Source of the DNA: Podarcis muralis
Taxonomy: Eukaryota
Length of the DNA: 64,000 bases
NCBI RefSeq assembly: GCF_964188315.1
Contig: NC_135658.1
Location: 11,098,001-11,162,000, forward strand
Direction: 5' to 3'
Both the position numbers and the translations under genes were made by a program. Under the pieces are notes generated by a model. The model was not told where the DNA came from and searched no databases. It was given only the letters and a program-made list of their open reading frames with translations. This document shows positions 60,800-64,000 of the stretch, one piece after another; position 1 is the stretch's first letter, and the number at the start of each line of letters is the position of its first letter.

Positions 60800-61138
60800 T
60801 GAAATATACTTGGAGTCGAGAGTGGATTTCATGCTCTTTATTCAGCTCATAGTGGTGAGGAGGAATGGAAGTTCCCCCCAGGATGTCTGCTTTATATACA
60901 TTATTTACATAATGGGCCCCATGTGATTGGCTAATTCCGGGATTCACCTGTAGGCCAATCCGGTTGCGGATTCACTTCCACCTGGAGCTGGATTGGGTGG
61001 CTCCTGTGGACCAATCAGACTGCTGCATTCTGAATCCTGTTGTTCTAGGGCCAATCAGACTGCTGCATTCTGAATCCTATTGTTCTAGGACCAATCAGAC
61101 TGCTGCATTTTGGATCCTATTCAACTCAGTACATAACA
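60800..61138 (-). mobile_element. Solo LTR (339 bp) inserted into a tRNA-Lys-derived SINE head
   Basis: Minus strand TGTTATGTACTG...TATTTCA; 5-bp TSD CCTGA; three tandem about 39-bp CCAAT-containing repeats; TATATAAA and AATAAA. Confidence 0.88.
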
Positions 61139-61629
61139 CCTGAGATTAAGGGTCTCGTGCTCTACTGACTGAGCTATCCCCCTACCTCTCTGCTGATGCA
61201 TCACAATGTAGAAAGCAAAGTATCGCCCAGCCCTAGCATTAAACTAAACCATCAGAGTTTAGTTGAGCTGTTGTGCTAATCCTAGTGGCAGTTGGCTTAG
61301 CTAATTCCCCTGTTGGACTTCCAAGATGAGACATGAATCCCAAACTCATGAGGCAAGATTCACTGAAAACCCTGCCTCCATGCAGCAGGAGAGTCCTCTA
61401 AACCTGTTATTCCTTCAAAGCAGCCAGAAGTTCAGTTTAAAAGTTATTCAGTTAAAAGTTATTATTGTGGCTTTCACTGTGCAATTAACAAGAAAAATGA
61501 GTCCCTGGTAGGATGGTGCTGCGGACCCTCTGGGTGTGCTCTGAAGACTCCCAGGGGTCTCCGGACCCCTAATTGGGGACCACTGCTTTATGCAACTACC
61601 CTGGAGTAGGGTTTTCCAAACTTGGATAT

Positions 61630-62626
61630 CTATATCTATATGAAGCCGCTGGGAGAGATCATCAGGGGGTTTGGGCTGGGTGTTCATCAGTATGCAGATG
61701 ATACCCAGCTCTACCTCTCCTTTAAATCAGAACCAGTGAAGGCGGTGAAGGTCCTGTGTGAGTGCCTGGAGGCGGTTGGAGGATGGATGGCGGCTAACAG
61801 GTTGAGGTTGAATCCTGACAAGACAGAAGTACTGTTTTTGGGGGACAGGGAGCAGGTGGGTGTGGGGGATTACCTGGTCTTGAATGGGGTAACCGTGCCC
61901 CTGAAGGACCAGGTGCGCAGCCTGGGAGTCATTTTGGACTCACAGCTGTCCATGGAGGCGCAGGTCAATTCTTGTCCAGGGCAGCTGTCTACCAGTTCCA
62001 CCTGGTACGCAGGCTAAGACCCTACCTGCCCGCAAACTGTCTCGCCAGAGTGGTGCATGCTCTAGTTATCTCACGCTTGGACTACTGCAACGCGCTCTAC
62101 GTGGGGCTACCTGTGAAGGTGACCCGGAAACTGCAATTAATCCAGAATGTGGCAGCTAGACTGGTGACTGGGAGTGGCCGCCGAGACCGCATAACACCGG
62201 TCTTGAAAGACCTTCATTGGCTCCCAGTATGTTTCCGAGCACAATTCAAAGTGTTGGTGCTGACCTTTAAAGCCCTAAACGGCCTCGGTCCTGTATACCT
62301 GAAGGAGCGTCTCCACCCCCATCGTTCAGCCCAGACACTGAGGTCCAGCTCCAAGGGCCTTCTGGTGGTTCCCTCATTGCGAGAAGTGAGGCTACAGGGA
62401 ACCAGACAGAGGGCCTTCTCGGTAGTGGCGCCCACCCTGTGGAACGCCCTCCCATCAGATGTCAAATAGATAAACAATTACCTGACATTCAGAAGACATC
62501 TTAAGGCAGCCCTGTTCAGGGAAGTTTTTAATATGAAACGCTGTACTGTTTTTAACACTTGATTGGGAGCCCTTGATTGGGAGTGGCTGGGGAAACTCAG
62601 CCAGATGGGCGGGGTATAAATAATAA

Positions 62627-62673
<47 letters not shown>
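61630..62673 (+). mobile_element. L2 LINE ORF2 3' part (about 1 kb, one frameshift near 61975)
   Basis: HQYADDTQLYLSF, LRLNPDKTE, SRLDYCNALYVGLP, LHWLPV; (ATT)n tail. Confidence 0.92.
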
Positions 62674-62675
<2 letters not shown>

Positions 62676-62971
62676 GGTCCCTGGCTGTTTTTGGACTACA
62701 AATCCCATCATCCCTGACCACTGTTCCTGCTAGCTGCAGGTGATGGGAGCTGTAGTCCAAAAACAGCCGGACACCCAAGTTTGGGAAACTCTTCCTTAGA
62801 GGAAGCCATGTTGAGAGCAACGGGTCTTAAATTCTGAGTAGGAATGAATAGGATTGCATTTCCTGAATTTGGCATTTAGAAATCAGGTTCGTCTGGAGCT
62901 GGCTTGCACCTTGCAAAGTTATTCTGCGTATCCTATCTTGCGGTACCTGCTTCCCCTCTTTCTCTTTGCAG

Positions 62972-63101
62972 GATGATTGAATGGGTGTCTTGGCCTCTGG
63001 GGAAGAACATCGACAAATGGATCATAGCGTTGCTGAAGGGTTTGGCTGCCGTGAAGAAGTTCAGCATCTTAATTGAAATCACGCTGTCCAAAATTGAGAG
63101 G
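62972..63101 (+). CDS. USP35: USP35 third coding exon (gene continues beyond the window)
   Basis: 130 nt, MIEWVSWPLGKNIDKWIIALLKGLAAVKKFSILIEITLSKIER; TTGCAG acceptor and AGG|GTCAGT donor. Confidence 0.95.
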
Positions 63102-63530
63102 GTCAGTTCACTTCTTCGCGTAAGCCTGCATACAAGGGACTAACGTGCATTTAGCACCAACAGGGAAGTTTTCTCTGCCCTCGGGGAGCCCATTTGGGAA
63201 TTATAGAAACATAACTCAATTTCTGGCACGTGTGTGTGTGTTTGAGTCATTGTTCAGCCCTCTGACATCAGCGCTGCCGTGCTATTATCTTCCAGAAATA
63301 ATTCAAGGGGCTGTTTTTTTAACTTATAAAGGCTTAAATGGCTTATGTCAGAGGGGAAACATTTGGAAATAATCAACAGTTGTGGGTCCCCACACAATAC
63401 CCATGGCACATGTTGACTGGGGCTGACAGGGATGTTCCTTGCTGATTTAAACCAAAGCCCAACATTCTTTGCAGAGGTTTGACTCCATTATGGTCTCTCG
63501 AGACAGAAGGATGTCAACAACAACAATATA

Positions 63531-63871
63531 CGCTAATGGCCAAAATTGTGGAAACCTTTTGGGAAAAGTGTATTTCTGAGGTTTGATGGCTCATAAAACC
63601 TAACTCTCTAAACATGCATGCTCATTGGCTACATTCAAATGAATGCATATCAACTTAAGCAAGTTGTGCTTCCTTTTTCTGGTTATTTGGCTATAACTTT
63701 TGATAGAATATAGATAATTGAACAGACTTTGTGGCATTACATTCTTCATTAAATTATCTTTCCTTTGATATATAATTTTATGGTATTACTAAAAAAAAAG
63801 TGGTGTTCTGAGCCATCAAACCTCAGAAATACACTTTTCCTAAAACGGTTCCACAATTTTGGCCACTAGTG
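63531..63871. mobile_element. Tc1/mariner-type MITE with about 65-bp TIRs
   Basis: CGCTAATGGCCAAAATTGTGGAAACC...TTTGATGGCTCA is mirrored at the right end; TA on the left flank. Confidence 0.8.
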
Positions 63872-63879
63872 TTACTCAG

Positions 63880-64000
63880 GGGGACGCGGGTGGCGCTGTG
63901 GACTAAACTGCTGAGCCTCTTCGGCTTGCCGATCAGAAGGTCGGCAGTTCGAATCCCCGCGACGGGGTGAGCTCCCGTTGCTCTGCCCCAGCTCCTGCCA
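63880..64000 (+). mobile_element. Sauria SINE 5' part (cut by the window end)
   Basis: GGGACGCGGGTGGCGCTGTGG head. Confidence 0.85.

Noticed and set aside
61010-61120. Three regularly spaced about 39-bp direct repeats (CRISPR-like spacing)
   Set aside because: Head-to-tail tandem copies with no unique spacers, inside a eukaryotic solo LTR

Overview
Vertebrate (squamate, probably lacertid lizard) genomic DNA covering the conserved NDUFC2-ALG8-KCTD21-USP35 block. It holds NDUFC2 coding exon 1 (minus, runs off the window start), all 13 ALG8 coding exons (minus, 1563 nt = 520 aa + stop, one GC-AG intron), the single coding exon of KCTD21 (minus, 260 aa) and the first three coding exons of USP35 (plus). 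KCTD21 and USP35 appear to share a head-to-head CpG-island promoter at about 41.6-42.6 kb. The rest is dense with transposons: Sauria SINEs, tRNA-Lys-derived SINEs, BovB/RTE, L2, CR1, L1 and Rex1/Babar LINE fragments, Tigger/Tc2/Tc1/hAT MITEs and solo LTRs, often nested. The most unusual object is a 4.6-kb Ngaro-type tyrosine-recombinase (YR) element (1927-6529, minus) just upstream of NDUFC2. It has split direct repeats, has lost its RT/RNase H and carries a 520-codon gag-N/YR fusion ORF that is still open although key catalytic residues are altered. It is followed by a decayed SGNH-hydrolase ORF with its own splice acceptor. A related 522-bp ORF-less 'solo A-B' unit sits inside a SINE at 55980-56501 with no target-site duplication (TSD). 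All family names come from motif recognition by eye; no database search was run.
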